Assembly: GCA_023213395.1 (NCBI GenBank) | Contig: CM041465.1 | Span: 247,697,741-247,761,740, forward strand | DNA length: 64,000 bases | Direction: 5' to 3' | Source of the DNA: Cycas panzhihuaensis | Lineage: Eukaryota; Plantae; Cycadophyta | Shown here: one piece after another, positions 51,753 through 64,000 of the stretch | How positions within the stretch are numbered: position 1 is the stretch's first letter | Layout of the letters: the number at the start of each line of letters is the position of its first letter | Notes under the pieces: model-generated | Databases searched by the model: none | The model's input: the letters and a program-made list of their open reading frames with translations, nothing else | What the model was told of the DNA's origin: nothing | Translations under genes and position numbers: made by a program

Positions 51753-54647
51753 GCTAGTGTAAATAGAAACTTAGAAATGATTTTATACTTACTTGGTTTT
51801 CTTGCTTTCCCTTTTGAAGGTGGAGTGATACTCTAACCATAGGAACGTAGTCTTGGAAAATTTCCCCTTCTATTTAACCACAAAAAGAGTTATGAGTCAA
51901 AAAGTTCTGAGGACTTAGAGCCACTCCCGCCCTTATGAATCATACCCTATTCATGACGATTGGTTAGCCACCTTCGTAGAGAACTCACTACCTCTTGTGT
52001 CTCTTAAACCATTGCTTGAAGGCTAATCATAGGTGTAGGGTCACTTAGTTACACCTTGTTCAAGTTCTCCACATAATTCATTGGCATTGTGGGGCCATGG
52101 GTTCTGTACGATGAGTGTGACAGTGGCCACACTAGTCATTGTTGTGAGGGGTTGCTTTCATTCTAGGTGAGTGGAGATATTAGTACCTATTGTATATCAC
52201 GAGTGAACTATGAGGAAACAGGTTGAAGATTTCATCTGTCGAAGATTATTTGGCATTCGCACTTATTCATTGATAAAATTGGGTTTACTCATTTAATTCA
52301 TTGGGATTAGGTCTCCCCGTGCTTATTCCACTAGTGTTTATTGTGTTTAGATTGCCTCCTTCTTGTTTCTGCTTAGGTTGAGTGTTCTATATCCAAACCT
52401 TCTGCCAAGTAGCCTTGTTTTATGTTGAGTCAATCTACATTGAGTTTAATAACTTCCAAATAGGGTTGGGTACAGAACCTAAATCCTTCCAATGCCCCAA
52501 CTCCCTCCCCTAGGTTCCACGCAACTCAACATCGTGGAGTCCAATGGACACCATCAAACTAGTTGGCTAAGAGGAGCTTATTTCACCTACCCTTGTTATA
52601 AGATATCTTCTCTCTTCTTATTTCTCGGTACTTGTTTATGAATGTAATGTTTGTGATATATGTATATTGGCTTACCTCTACCCTAAAAACTCTAAAAATT
52701 CAAAATTGGGATTTGTATAAGTGTGGGTAGAATGATAGTGCCCCTATGCTCATGATTGTTGAATAGTTCATTTTGGCCATTTTTGTAAATTTTTCTTATG
52801 ACCACTGTTAACTCTCGTACTCTCTTCCACCCAATTCCCTACATGTTTGCTTGGGTCATATATTTAAGTCAATTGAGTCACATTTATAAAGTTCGTTTGA
52901 GTCAATTGAGTTGTCATGGCATCATGAAGAGAATACGAGGGTTTAGGGCCAACTCCCCTCCCTAATCTCGTCTCTAGATTAAATTGAGTCTCACAACTCA
53001 CCATCAAAAGGGTCAGGATGCTATTGAGCCAACATCGAGAGACTCCCATTCTCTACCCGGTTATTAAGTTGACATCACTCCAGTTTTGGTTTCAGGATTA
53101 CTTGTGTCCACATTGAATCGGGCCTTATTCCTAGCCCACCGCTAGGAGTCTCTCACCCTCTTCTTCATTGACCTTTTAGTCACCTTCGATAGCAATGATT
53201 TGTTGATTATAGCAAATTCTCCTGCTGCTTTTGGTTCCAGTTCCTTTAGGCCTAGTCCAAGTTATTAAGAGAATTGTGAAGCAAATATCTTACTTCCCTT
53301 TCGTCATTTTACAATTTCAGTAGTAGCTTTTCCTAGCTTTTCAGCTTGACAACTTGTGCTAACTTGATTTGTGATATGTTTCAATTTTGATTGACTCTTG
53401 TTTTGCTCTTATCTTAGATAATTCTACACTTTTGAATCTTTTCGATGTTGGTCTATTTTTTAGTAACAGATGTCCTTTTTCCTACTATTATCATTGCAAC
53501 CTTGGTTGTTGCCTTGTTCTAATATATTCTTGCATTCCTTCTCTCTAAGAACCTTTTCAGAACAGTTTGAGTTAGTTCAGATTTGGCGTGGTTCTTCATG
53601 CCCATCACAACAGAAGCAGATTGTCATTCTTAGCAATGGATTTGGTGATTGTTATATCCTTTTGGCACACTTCTTATTCAACTTTTTAGATTGGCCGAAT
53701 TTTCTACTATTCTTTATTTATGATCACCTTTCAATTTCACCATCTTTAGTAGTACCAATGCCCTTCTTGGAGTAGTTAGTTTCTCAGTTACAGATTGATA
53801 ATGGCAGTTTGGAGCATGTCCATCTCTTCTTACTTTAGTTTCTAGCTTCAGATTTCTCAGCTTCGGTTCCATCAACTCCTTTGAGTTCTTGGCTATGACT
53901 TTTGTTGCCACTTCAATAGTGCCTTAGTGCCTTTTCTTTCATGGCACATCTTTTTTGCAAATTTTTATATGCCATCGTACACTTGGCACTAAGTTTTTCC
54001 ATCTTGTGTTAGTTTTGCAACATAAGATCTTGCAGTTTGGCACTAATATGATCCATTTCTCTTCAGTAGCTTGTTCAGATCATTTTGCCATTTCCAATGT
54101 CAGTTAATTTGGTAGTTGGCATGTGGCAATGCTTCATTCTCAGAGTTGAATAGTCGTTGACATTCTTGACGATTCCATAGATTTCTAGATCACAACCTTG
54201 ATTAGTATACTCTAGCTTTTGATTAATGGCTTGAGATATTCAGATATTCAGTATTGGTCCCACTTTTTAGCAATTGACATTTGTTGACACTCTTTTCAGA
54301 CAACTTTCAATTCACAGGGTCCACCTTGCTTAGCTTTGAATCTTCATCTTCAATTTTTTATTCTTTTCTCAAGATAGTCTCTTCGAATTTTTAGTAGTTC
54401 CAAATTGTTCCAAAGATGATTATGGGTTAGTTTGATCAACAAAGTAAAGGTCATTTGCTTGATCTCACAGAAACCTTTCTTTCTAAGGCCTTTAATTCTT
54501 TTGACTTTAAAGCTTGTATTTCAAATCTCTTCAAAGGTGTCATGCTAGATTCAACCTACTATATACTATTGATATTATCACATTTTCGACAGCATTTTGC
54601 TCTCAAAAGTATCGTGTTCCTAATATTAGCAACTGCTTAGTTGTTGA

Positions 54648-55582
54648 TTTTCACTTTTATCCCAGATCTTACTTTTGATGGAGATTCCAATATGACTTTT
54701 CTTCATCACTTTAGATAGCTTTAACATTGTTTCTTTAGAGATTTCATTCCAAACTTTAGGCATTTCAGGCATTGACTTTAAAATTTTGCATCAGACTTTT
54801 AATGGTCATCTTCAACCCTTGATAGACTTCAATGCCCAAGGGGCATTATGTTGATGCATGAGCTATTATTATTGTTTAGTTAGGTGTCTAGGGCTTAGGG
54901 GTGTTTTCTGTCCTTTAAGAGATGTCTAACTACTTGTCAAACATGCACACAAACATTTCACATGAAGGGCACATGTCCTTGTGCTCACAAATGTGCAAAT
55001 GTGTAAGTACAAGAGTGAAGGGTACATTGACCCTTAAGTTACAACATCACACACTAGAGAAAGGGGTGTGTGTGTGTTTTATCACATTAAGTGCTAAAGT
55101 CACTTTATATATTACATAACTTAACACTAAAGCATAAAGGTTCCAACACTGCCCGCCTTAAATGTTTACAGTGTTAAGTTTTACCCCAAGACCATCAATA
55201 AAATTTTCAAAATTTTCTTTACAAAGTGGTTTGGTAAAGATGTCTAATAACTACAAAATAGTGGGTTTGTCCTTTAAAATATCATTTTATAACCTTTTCA
55301 CTTTTGTCCTAGATCTTACATTTGATGGAGATTCTAGTATAACTTTTCATCACTTTAGATAGCTTTAGCATTGTTTTTTTAGAGATTTCATTCCAAACTT
55401 TAGGCATTTCAAACGTTGACTTTAAAATTTTGCATCAGACTTTTAATGGTCAGCTTCAACCTTGATAGGATTCAATGCCCAGGGGGGCATTATGTTGATG
55501 CAGGAGCTATTATTGTTATTTTGTTAGTTGTTCAGGGCTTAGGGGTGTTTTCTGTCCTTTAAAATGTTATTTTGTAACCTTT
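54648..55582 (+). repeat. Tandem duplication (~290 bp) of the 3' UTR-PPT-LTR start of element J
   Basis: 54648-54918 is repeated at ~55296-55562. Confidence 0.9.
54919..55267 (-). mobile_element. Copia fragment (RNase H end, PPT and partial 3' LTR) related to family A
   Basis: Minus strand DIFTKPL..DGLGVKLNTVN, then AAGGCGGGCAG and a TGTTGGAACC LTR start at 55148. Confidence 0.85.
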
Positions 55583-55588
55583 GAGTCA

Positions 55589-58500
55589 TGTTATTATTAG
55601 TATACTCCTTCGAATTTAATCATTCCTAACCTATCATTTTGGACTAATGCATTGGACCTTTTCATTGAAGATAACATTGGTGACATCCTTCTTTCATTAA
55701 AACAAATGGTCTATCCGCCAACTTTGCAAATTGTTATAATTACCTTGAACCCGACTTTGTCGATGATCTATATCTCACAGTGTAGTGACAATTATATTAA
55801 ACTCCATGTGATTCAGTTTTATTCATTTGTAAATTGATTTAAAACATGATGATGTTGTTTTAAACTTATTTAAGTTGCCTAAAAGGATTTTATAATTACA
55901 GTTTATTTAAGTGCTTTTATTTTCGTTTTACATACATGAACAAGAGAACAAATAAATGTTTTATTATTATGATTTGATCTTGATGAGTGTATCTAGGAGT
56001 AGTGATTAGCAGGGTTAGTATTTGGTCATTCGTTGATAGGTGGTCAAGGGTTCAAGTCTCGTAAACTTGCCCTTCACAAAGCACACACACACACTAGTTT
56101 AGTTAGGTCTTCTTTTTAGTCATTTAAAAAAATTTCTTTTATAACATTGTATATATATTTAAAACAGTGAAATTTTCACCTAATTCAAGACACAATTGCA
56201 CACTACCATTAACCTATTTTAAGAGGGTCTTTTGAGCTATTGAACATGCACAAATATTTATTTAAAATCACTTAAAAACATACTCAATTTAAAGAGAAAA
56301 TAGATCACTTGGATGTGCTTTATAATGAATATAAATAGCTTTATTTTGATACACAACATCAACCCTTAAATTCTTCAAAATGAAGTCTTGTTATTTATAT
56401 TTTTTATCAACTCTTGATAAATATTTGAGTGAATAAACTTGTGCATATACACTTATGAGATTATACTTACTTTTAAAAGTGATTATTTGAATTTTCGTTA
56501 AAATGAACATGGAATGACATATTCTAATGACCTTTTGTCAACATGAAATTATATTTCATAATCAACATCTTTCTATTGATTTTGGATACATAAAATGTTT
56601 TTGAAATATATTAAGGAGATGAAAGGTTATTTTATTTATTGATTAAGTCATCATTTGACTTTTATTTACATTATTTAATGTTACATTTTAAATGTTTTAA
56701 GTATATCGAAAATTGTGATTGTTATGCATTCACCTAGTTGTGCTTGTGTAATTTCACAAATATGTATCTTTTCTATATTTCATATAGGTAATTGAAGGGG
56801 ATTTTGAGTAGCATGAATGTGCATTTATGTTATAAGAGAATTAAATGCATACACATTTTGTTTTGCTGGAATAAAATCAACCAAAAGGGAAGGCAATCTA
56901 TTGCATTTGTATGTAGTTGTTTTTTTATTTTAATTGACATTGAAAACTATTGATTAAATGAAGAAATGTTGTTTCATTTGCATATAAATACATTGGAGGT
57001 TTACATTGTATTTTTATTTTGACGTTGGACTAACTCCTATAGAAGCTAAAACACACATTATTATAAAAAAGTTTGCAAAAAACATATATAAAGGCAACAC
57101 AACTTTTTTTTTTTGTTTCACAATGATACAGTTGAGAAATTTAGGATTCGATGGAATTTCGATGCCATCGTTTATTTTGTATACGTGCGTTATTTAGTCG
57201 ACATTTTGGTTTGTGACTTTTGTCACACTGGAAATTTCAAATAAGAGATCGTCGTCAAAGTGTTTTCACTTCGGCGATTTGTCATCGTTCCCTAGGATTC
57301 TCAAATATGTCTTAGGTGTTTACAAACTCTAAATCCTATCTTACAGTTTTTACCAAAAAGTTACGAGACTAAGACACTCTGTGCAAGCAAGGCCATGTAG
57401 TATGTCAAACCCTCAACGAGTTAGGGCTAGTTCCTTAGTAGGGGTGCGGCGATGTTGATGCGCTTTATCTAGTAGGACCTATCCATAAAACTTTGGGCTA
57501 CTAAGTGATTCTAGTAAATATGGGGGTACCAAAGAGCAAGTGAGTTGATTCTATGCTTGCTTTTTAAAAGTGTGTTGCAAAGTTATCACTAATTAAGTGG
57601 CATTCTCTATAGAGACCATAGGAGACTTCATCTTGTCGCTAGCTGTATTATTTAGAGTTGTTCGAGGAATCTTATGGTTTACTTTAGAGTTCATTGCCAA
57701 GGTTGGAGATGGTGATTGTAAGAGGGTTGAGGTTGCATTACTAGGGGAGAGCACCTAGTAATCCTTGATCGGAAGAGTAAATAGATGGCTTTAATGACTT
57801 TAGGTTGGCCTTTCTCGCTTTTTTATGGAAAAAATATCCTTATGATAGCTTATTGTTATTTTTTTTTAGCAGATCAAGCATACAAACTAGGTCAATTTTT
57901 AATTTACTTTTTATACATCATTTTTCCTCCCGGGTTCTTTGAATCCTAGAGTTGGTCATCTCATATTTTGCTTAGGTGACACATGCTTCACTATCGTTCG
58001 ATTAAGCATCCCCCTTTTCAATCATTTTTTGAATTCATAAAATGTTGACTCAAAGTGATAAAATCTTAACTTTTTGTGTCACCTGATCAAAATGTGAGAT
58101 GATCAACCGTAGGGTTTAAAGAACTTGAGAGAAAAATAAATATATGAAAAACAACATAAAAATTGATTTAGCTCACGGAACTCGGCCCACTACAAAAAAA
58201 ATACCAACACTAGATTATCATGTCGATATTTTTTCCATAAAAATGTGTGAAAACACCAACCTAAAGTCGTTAGGGCTACCTATTCACTCTTCTAACTAAA
58301 GATTAATGAATAGTCTCCATTAGTAATGCAATCTCAACACTATTAGAATCACGGTTTTCAACCTTGACGATGAATTTCAAGATAAATCATAAAATACTTT
58401 AAGCAACTTTGAATAGTATAGGTGGTGGCAAGATAAAGCCCCCTATGGTCTCTCTAGAGAAGGCCCCACTCAATCAGCCACAACTTCATGACACACTCCC

Positions 58501-60449
58501 AAAGAGAGAACATAGAGTTATTTTGCTTATTTTTTGGTACCCTCATATCTATTAGAATCATTTAGTAGCCCAAGATTTTACGGATTAGCTCTAATAGGTA
58601 AAATGTACCAACGCGATTGCACCCTTACTAGAGAACTAATCAAAACTCACTAAGTGTTTAGCGCATTACTGTGCCCCACTTGCGCAGAGAGTCTTAGTTC
58701 AATAATGTCTTAGTAAAAGTAGTGAGATAGGATTTAGACTCTGCAAACACCTAGAATGCAGCCAAGGATCCCAAGGGACAATGGCAAATCCATGAAGTGA
58801 AAACACTTTAACGACGACACCCCATTTGAAATTTCTAGTGCGACAAAAGTTGCAACCGAAAATGTCAACTGAGGAATGTGCGTAGACAAAAATAAGTAGC
58901 AGCACTAAAATTCTGCCAAATTTTGAATTCGTCAATAAATTTTTTTTTATGCTTTTGTATATATTTTTGCATTTGTTTTTATAGTAATATGTGCCTTAAC
59001 TTCTACAAGAGCTAGTCCAAAATCAAAATGAAAATGCAATCTAAATCCCCATTGTACTTATATACAAATGCAGCTAAATGAAGCAATATTTCTCCATTTA
59101 ATTAATGGTTTTCTAGGTCAATTAAAATAAAAAATGATTGTATGCAAATGCAATAGATTCCCTTCCCTCCTAGTTGATTTTATTCTAGCAAAACAAAATG
59201 TGTATGCATTTAGTCCTGCCCCTAACCTATATGTGCATTAATATTACTCAAAATTCCTTTCAATTACCTATATGAAAGTTACAAAAGATACATACCTGTG
59301 AAGTTGCACAAAGATGACCAAGTGAGTGCATAACAATCACAAATTTTAATGTATTTAAAGCAATCGATATGCAGTTTCAAATGGTGTAAATAATAGTCAA
59401 ATAACGACTTAATAAATAAATAAAATAATCCTTTATTTCATTAATATATTCTAAACGCATTTCAAGTATCCAAAACTAGTGGAAAGTTGTTGATTATGAA
59501 ATGTAATTTGATGTTGACAAACGTCATCAAGATATGTCATTTCATACTAATTTTAAAAAAGATTCAAATAATCACTCTTAAAAATAAGTATGATCTCATA
59601 GGTGTATATACATATATTTATTTACTTGAATATTTATCAAGAGTTGATAAAAAATGTAAATAATTGGGCTTTGTTTTAAGGTGTTTAAGGCTTGATATTG
59701 TGTATAAAAATGAAGCCATTTATATTCACGATAAAGCACATTCAAGTGACCCATTTTCATTTTCAATTGAATATGTTTGTAAGTGAATATTTGTACATAT
59801 TCAATAGTTTAAAAGATCTCCCAAAATAGGTCAATCGTGGTGCATTTGTGTCTTAAATTAGGAGAAAATTTTATTGTTTTAAATGTATATAAAATGTTAT
59901 CAAAGAAAATTTTAACAATAACTAAAAAGGGTACATAATTAAACTAGTGTATGTGTGTGTTTTATGAAGGGCGAGTTCACAAGACTTGAATTGTTGCCCA
60001 CCTATCAATGAACAACCTAACACTAATCCCACTAACCACTACTCCTAAACACAGTCATCAAGATCACATCATAACAATAAAATACTTATTTGTTTTCTCA
60101 TTTGTGTATATTAAACAAAATGAAATCACTTAAATAAAATGTAATTATGAAATCTTTTTGGGTGGCTTAGATAAGTTTAAAATGACGTCATCATACTTTA
60201 AACTAATTATATATGAATAAAATGAATCGCATGGAGTTCAAAATAATTGTCATTGTGCCATGAGAGGTGTATCATTGACACAAGCAGGTTTAATGTAACT
60301 ATAGCAACTTGCAAAATTAGTAGATAGACCACCTATTTAATGAAAGAACAACATCGCCAATGTTATCTTCAGCCAAAGGATCAAATACAAATAGTCTAAA
60401 ACGATAGGTCATGAATGATTAAATTTAGAGTAGTATACTAATAATAACA
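55589..60449. repeat. Long inverted repeat (arms 55589-57983 and 58075-60449, ~91 bp spacer); possible foldback element
   Basis: Arms are reverse complements at every point checked, about 75-82% identical by eye; flanked by TCA on both sides. Confidence 0.93.
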
Positions 60450-61634
60450 TCATTGCATTATGTGCAACGTTTACAATCTAATATAGAGGAATGATTGTTC
60501 TCTATTTTTTGTGTATATTTATAAAGCAAACTGAGGCGACTCTAACAAATGAGTGGGACCTTTCAAACATTGAGTTATGAAGTTGCGACAACAAAGGACA
60601 TGAGTAAAGAATTCCTTACAATTTCGCAAGTGGACCATAGAACGAGGACATAGAATGACTAAGTTGCAAAATTGCAAAGTGACGTCATGGGTGGAGAGTT
60701 TTTTGATTTTTCATTAATGGACTGCCAAGTATGAATATGGAATGGTCAAATTACAAAGTTACAAAATTAAGTCACTAAGTAGGAAGCCTTTTTGCAAATT
60801 TGCACATGGACCAATGAGTATAAATTTATAGCATCTAAGTTCTAAAATTGTGAAATAAAGGGACAATAGGTAAAGGAAAGCATTTCGCAATCTTGCAAAT
60901 GAGTCGTCGAGTGGAAAATGCTCGAGAACAATTGTGAAGATGCAAAATAAAAAAGCACAAACAAAGAACTTCTTTTTGCACCTTCGTAAATGAAACATCG
61001 AGAGAAAACTTAGGCATATAAGATTGTGAAATTACAAAACAAAGGATTTACAAGAGAAAAATGTCAATTGTCAAGCTCCAAGTAAAAAGGACTGTGACTC
61101 TCTCATCTGAGGTTGGATTCAACCGATCCTAGTTGCGTTGGAAGCCTTGTTTAAATGCCTACATTCCTAGTTGAAAATGAGGAATTATCCACAAAAATGA
61201 GAAACACACATTTTTCCTAAAGTACTAAGAATACAATGAGGTAGATTAAGAGCATAGCTAGCAGACACTTACTATTTTTCCAGAACATTCTGGTCAATGG
61301 ATAAAATAGTGTCAAATTAGACTCATAGGGTACCTATTGAAGGCATTTATATACCAGGATGAAAAAGAGGGTGAGAAAGGACTCCATACACAAAAATATT
61401 TAGATGACTTGGACAGGAAGGCAGTGGGCAGTTACTCCCCCAATAGCAACAACTACAAACACTATTACAACCACCAAAGTGCAGATGTACCCACTGACAC
61501 TTGATGCCATTAATGATAGTAAATTGATTCACCATGGGAAGGAGATTTAATTGGAGAAGGAAGTGGAAAAACAATTTTTATTTTATCCTTTGCCTTCATC
61601 ATCCTTCAAGAGAAAAGATTTTAGGAGACCAACA

Positions 61635-61946
61635 TGTTAAAGTGACATTATCTCCCTTACCCGACTAATGTAAAAGTGGTGATATATTGTACAAATATTA
61701 TGATATTATTTGGGGCGACAGATGTAATCTCATTGTAATTATTTGAGGCACTTATAGATCCATATAAAGTGATCCAAAGTCCATTTGTACCTTACATTAT
61801 TCTGTATCAATGTAATCATATTCGATGGTGGGTTTTGATCGCGAGGTTTCCACGTATATTCTGTTGTGTGCTTGTTCATTTTGTACTTGTTGTGTACATA
61901 AAAGATCTATTTGTTTGTCATTTCTGTAGCGATCTAGTTCTACTTT
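61635..61946 (+). repeat. Probable LTR remnant of a further element, interrupted by K
   Basis: TGTT start after a purine-rich tract; TATA-like TATAAAG; U5-like GGTTTCCACGT followed by a T-rich tract; no partner in the window. Confidence 0.45.
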
Positions 61947-63088
61947 TACAACAATTTTCCTAAAAAATACAGGTAATAATTCACAAAAAACAATAACTAG
62001 ATGCTATTCAATAGGAAAATGAACAAGGAACAGGGATTACAGAATCCATAGAAGTAAGTAATAATCTTTATTATCAAATAATACCAAAATAGAGCGAAAT
62101 TACAACGAAATACTAGTCTTTCCTGAAGAAGTGAACTTCCCTCTTTGAGCCAAGGAACCCTCCAAATTGCAACCCTCAAATGGGCGAGCTAATTGCAGCC
62201 CTAGAACCGAAAATACGTAGCCAAAAGAATCTCCGAAGATGGTTTGGGATGCAGCCCAAACTTCTTATATATAGTGATCAAAATACTTCAATTACAAGTC
62301 GGCCAGATTAGGTAATATTATCCTTAATACTGCTTAAATAGAAGTTGGCTAGAACTTCTCCAAAACTGACATGCTAACTTTAAAAGGTCATAACTTTTGA
62401 TAGAGATGTCAGAATTGACTTTCGTCTGAACCGTTGGAATCCTCATTCAAAGGCCTTTGATTTGAATGGTTACATGGCATAGTTTTGACTAGATTTTTGG
62501 AATGTTACAAGTCCCTTCCCTTCAAAACATGCTTTTCCCTCAAAGCATTGGTAAGGGCCCATTTTTCTGCATCCATTCTTCAGACTCCCACATTGCATCT
62601 TCAAGCTCCAATGTCTTCTATTTGATGAGATATTCTTTTATTATCCTGGATTGCAAATTATTGTCCCTGGTCTTTAGTATCCCCTCAAGTTCCACTATCA
62701 TCATCCCTTCTTCATCTACTGTTCGTAAATTTGTTTATGGAGCCTCCTTTCGCCCAACTTTTTCTTTAAACAAGACACGTGGAAGATATTGTGGATTTTG
62801 CTTTCTAGTGGTAGTTTTAGCTGATATGCCACTTCCCCAATGCATTCCTCAATCTGACGTGGTCCAAAGAATCTTGGTGATAATTTATGTCGATTATTTT
62901 GTTTCATCGACATTTGTTTGTGGGGTTGGAGTCTTAAGAATACCCATGCTCCTATCTCAAAACTCCGTTCAAATCTCTTTCTATGTGCTTGTTGCTTCAT
63001 CTTATTTTTTGCCATCTCCAAATTATTCTTTAGTATTCAAATTGTTTCTTGCATCTGTTGCAGGTTTTCTTAGACTTTTTGCTCTTTA
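61947..63088 (-). mobile_element. 3' end of chromovirus K (integrase C-terminus, chromodomain, PPT, 3' LTR 61947-62509)
   Basis: FEIGAWVFLRLQP..LSPRFFGP..IHNIFHVSCLKK; PPT GAAGGGAAGGGA; LTR similar to solo LTR G. Confidence 0.9.
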
Positions 63089-64000
63089 TGTGAAAAGAGG
63101 CTTAATGGCGTCACAGTCCCAAGATCTAGAAGCTAGGATTACTCTAGTTCTAGAAGCACAAATACTAACAAGTATAATACTCTCAAGGTAAAAGAAAGCA
63201 TAAGAGACAAAGCATAAAATGAAGGAGCAAGAGAAATGATACCCAATGTGTGGAGTTGGAATTGGTCCAACCTCCAAAGAATAAACAGTTTGATTAGCAA
63301 CCGACAAAGATAACAATACACTCAACTCTATTATAAGACAATGAGAAGAGGTCTCATTATATAGAGTGAGATGAGAGACCTAAGGCCTTGGATGTTTGAC
63401 AAGTGTCAAACATCCAAGATACATGCCTTGCATGTAAGACATGTGTCCTTTTGGGCTTTCATGTGAGCAAAAATGCATGAGGGTCCATTTGACCCTTTAG
63501 TAACAACGTTGTGTCACTAGAAAGAATGTGGGTGTGCACTTTATCACTTAAGTGATAAGTCACCCCTAAAGTACAAAAGTACAAATATTACATAAAAATT
63601 AAAGTACATTATCTTAACATGTAAACATAAGGTTTAACACCCCCCTTCATCATTTACAATGTTAAGTCGGACACCAAACCATCTCTCGAATTTTACAAAC
63701 TTTTCTACCGAGAGGCTTGGTAAAGATATCTGCCCCGCCTCCTCTGTAGGTCTGTACTGGAGGTTGATCTCACCATTCTACACATGCTCTCTGATGAAGT
63801 GATGGTGACCCTCGATGTGTTTTGTCCACACATGAAAAACTGGATTCTTAGCTAACTTGAGTACACTTTGTCACAATGTATCCCGTGGGGTGACCTCGCC
63901 AAGTCCAAGTTCCCCAAGAATCCGTCGTAGCGGATAGGCTCAAGTCGCGTTATCGCAGCCTTTGTACTGCCGGTGGAGGACAAGGTAACATTGGGTTGCT
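63089..64000 (-). mobile_element. 3' end of family-A copia copy 3 (3' LTR 63089-63639, PPT, RNase H), inserted in K
   Basis: Reverse complement matches 36670-37610 of element H. Confidence 0.93.

Larger units (their letters stand above)
13426..55585 (+). mobile_element. Deleted Tat/Ogre-like Ty3/gypsy element J (segments 13426-15734 and 50405-~55585, split by element D)
   Basis: gag knuckles, protease, archaeal-type RNase H, PPT AAGGGGCATTA then TGTTG LTR start near 54858; the halves join across D's TGATT TSD; no RT/INT or 5' LTR seen; ends approximate. Confidence 0.65.

Noticed and set aside
55589-60449. Palindrome as a sequencing fold-back artefact
   Set aside because: The arms differ by ~20% with a transition bias; an artefact would give near-identical arms
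62502-63191. 229-aa plus-strand ORF
   Set aside because: Antisense shadow of K's integrase/chromodomain crossing an insertion junction
2273-63639. Copy-1 and copy-3 family-A LTRs as the two ends of one giant element
   Set aside because: PBS and PPT positions show that both internal regions point out of the window, so they are separate insertions
63700-64000. Dense small deletions relative to element H
   Set aside because: Pattern looks like lower consensus quality; cannot be treated as biological without reads

Overview
Plant nuclear DNA that is almost entirely repeat-derived. I found no intact host gene, rRNA, tRNA gene or CRISPR array. The heavy C>T decay and element types suggest a large, heavily methylated genome, possibly a gymnosperm (inference). 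Left to right: (A) 5' LTR and long leader of a minus-strand Ty1/copia element running off the window start; a decayed LINE ORF1; (B) a 5' copia fragment interrupted by (C) a chromodomain-bearing Ty3/gypsy element; (J) a deleted Tat/Ogre-like element keeping gag/protease, a free-standing archaeal-type RNase H and an antisense ORF remnant. J is split by chromovirus D (15735-50399, TSD TGATT). D carries copia E (TSD ATTTT), copia I (TSD TATTC) and chromovirus F (TSD ATAGA), and F carries solo LTR G and copia H (TSD TTTAT). Then come a ~4.9 kb inverted repeat with ~2.4 kb arms, an LTR remnant, the 3' end of chromovirus K and the 3' end of a third family-A copia. All gag/pol genes are disrupted. 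The most notable unexplained signals are the giant foldback, a covarying structured-RNA block upstream of copia gag, a hairpin motif shared by copia and gypsy leaders, CpG-free LTRs, and DRE/CRT-like arrays in chromovirus LTRs. Alignments and counts were made by eye.
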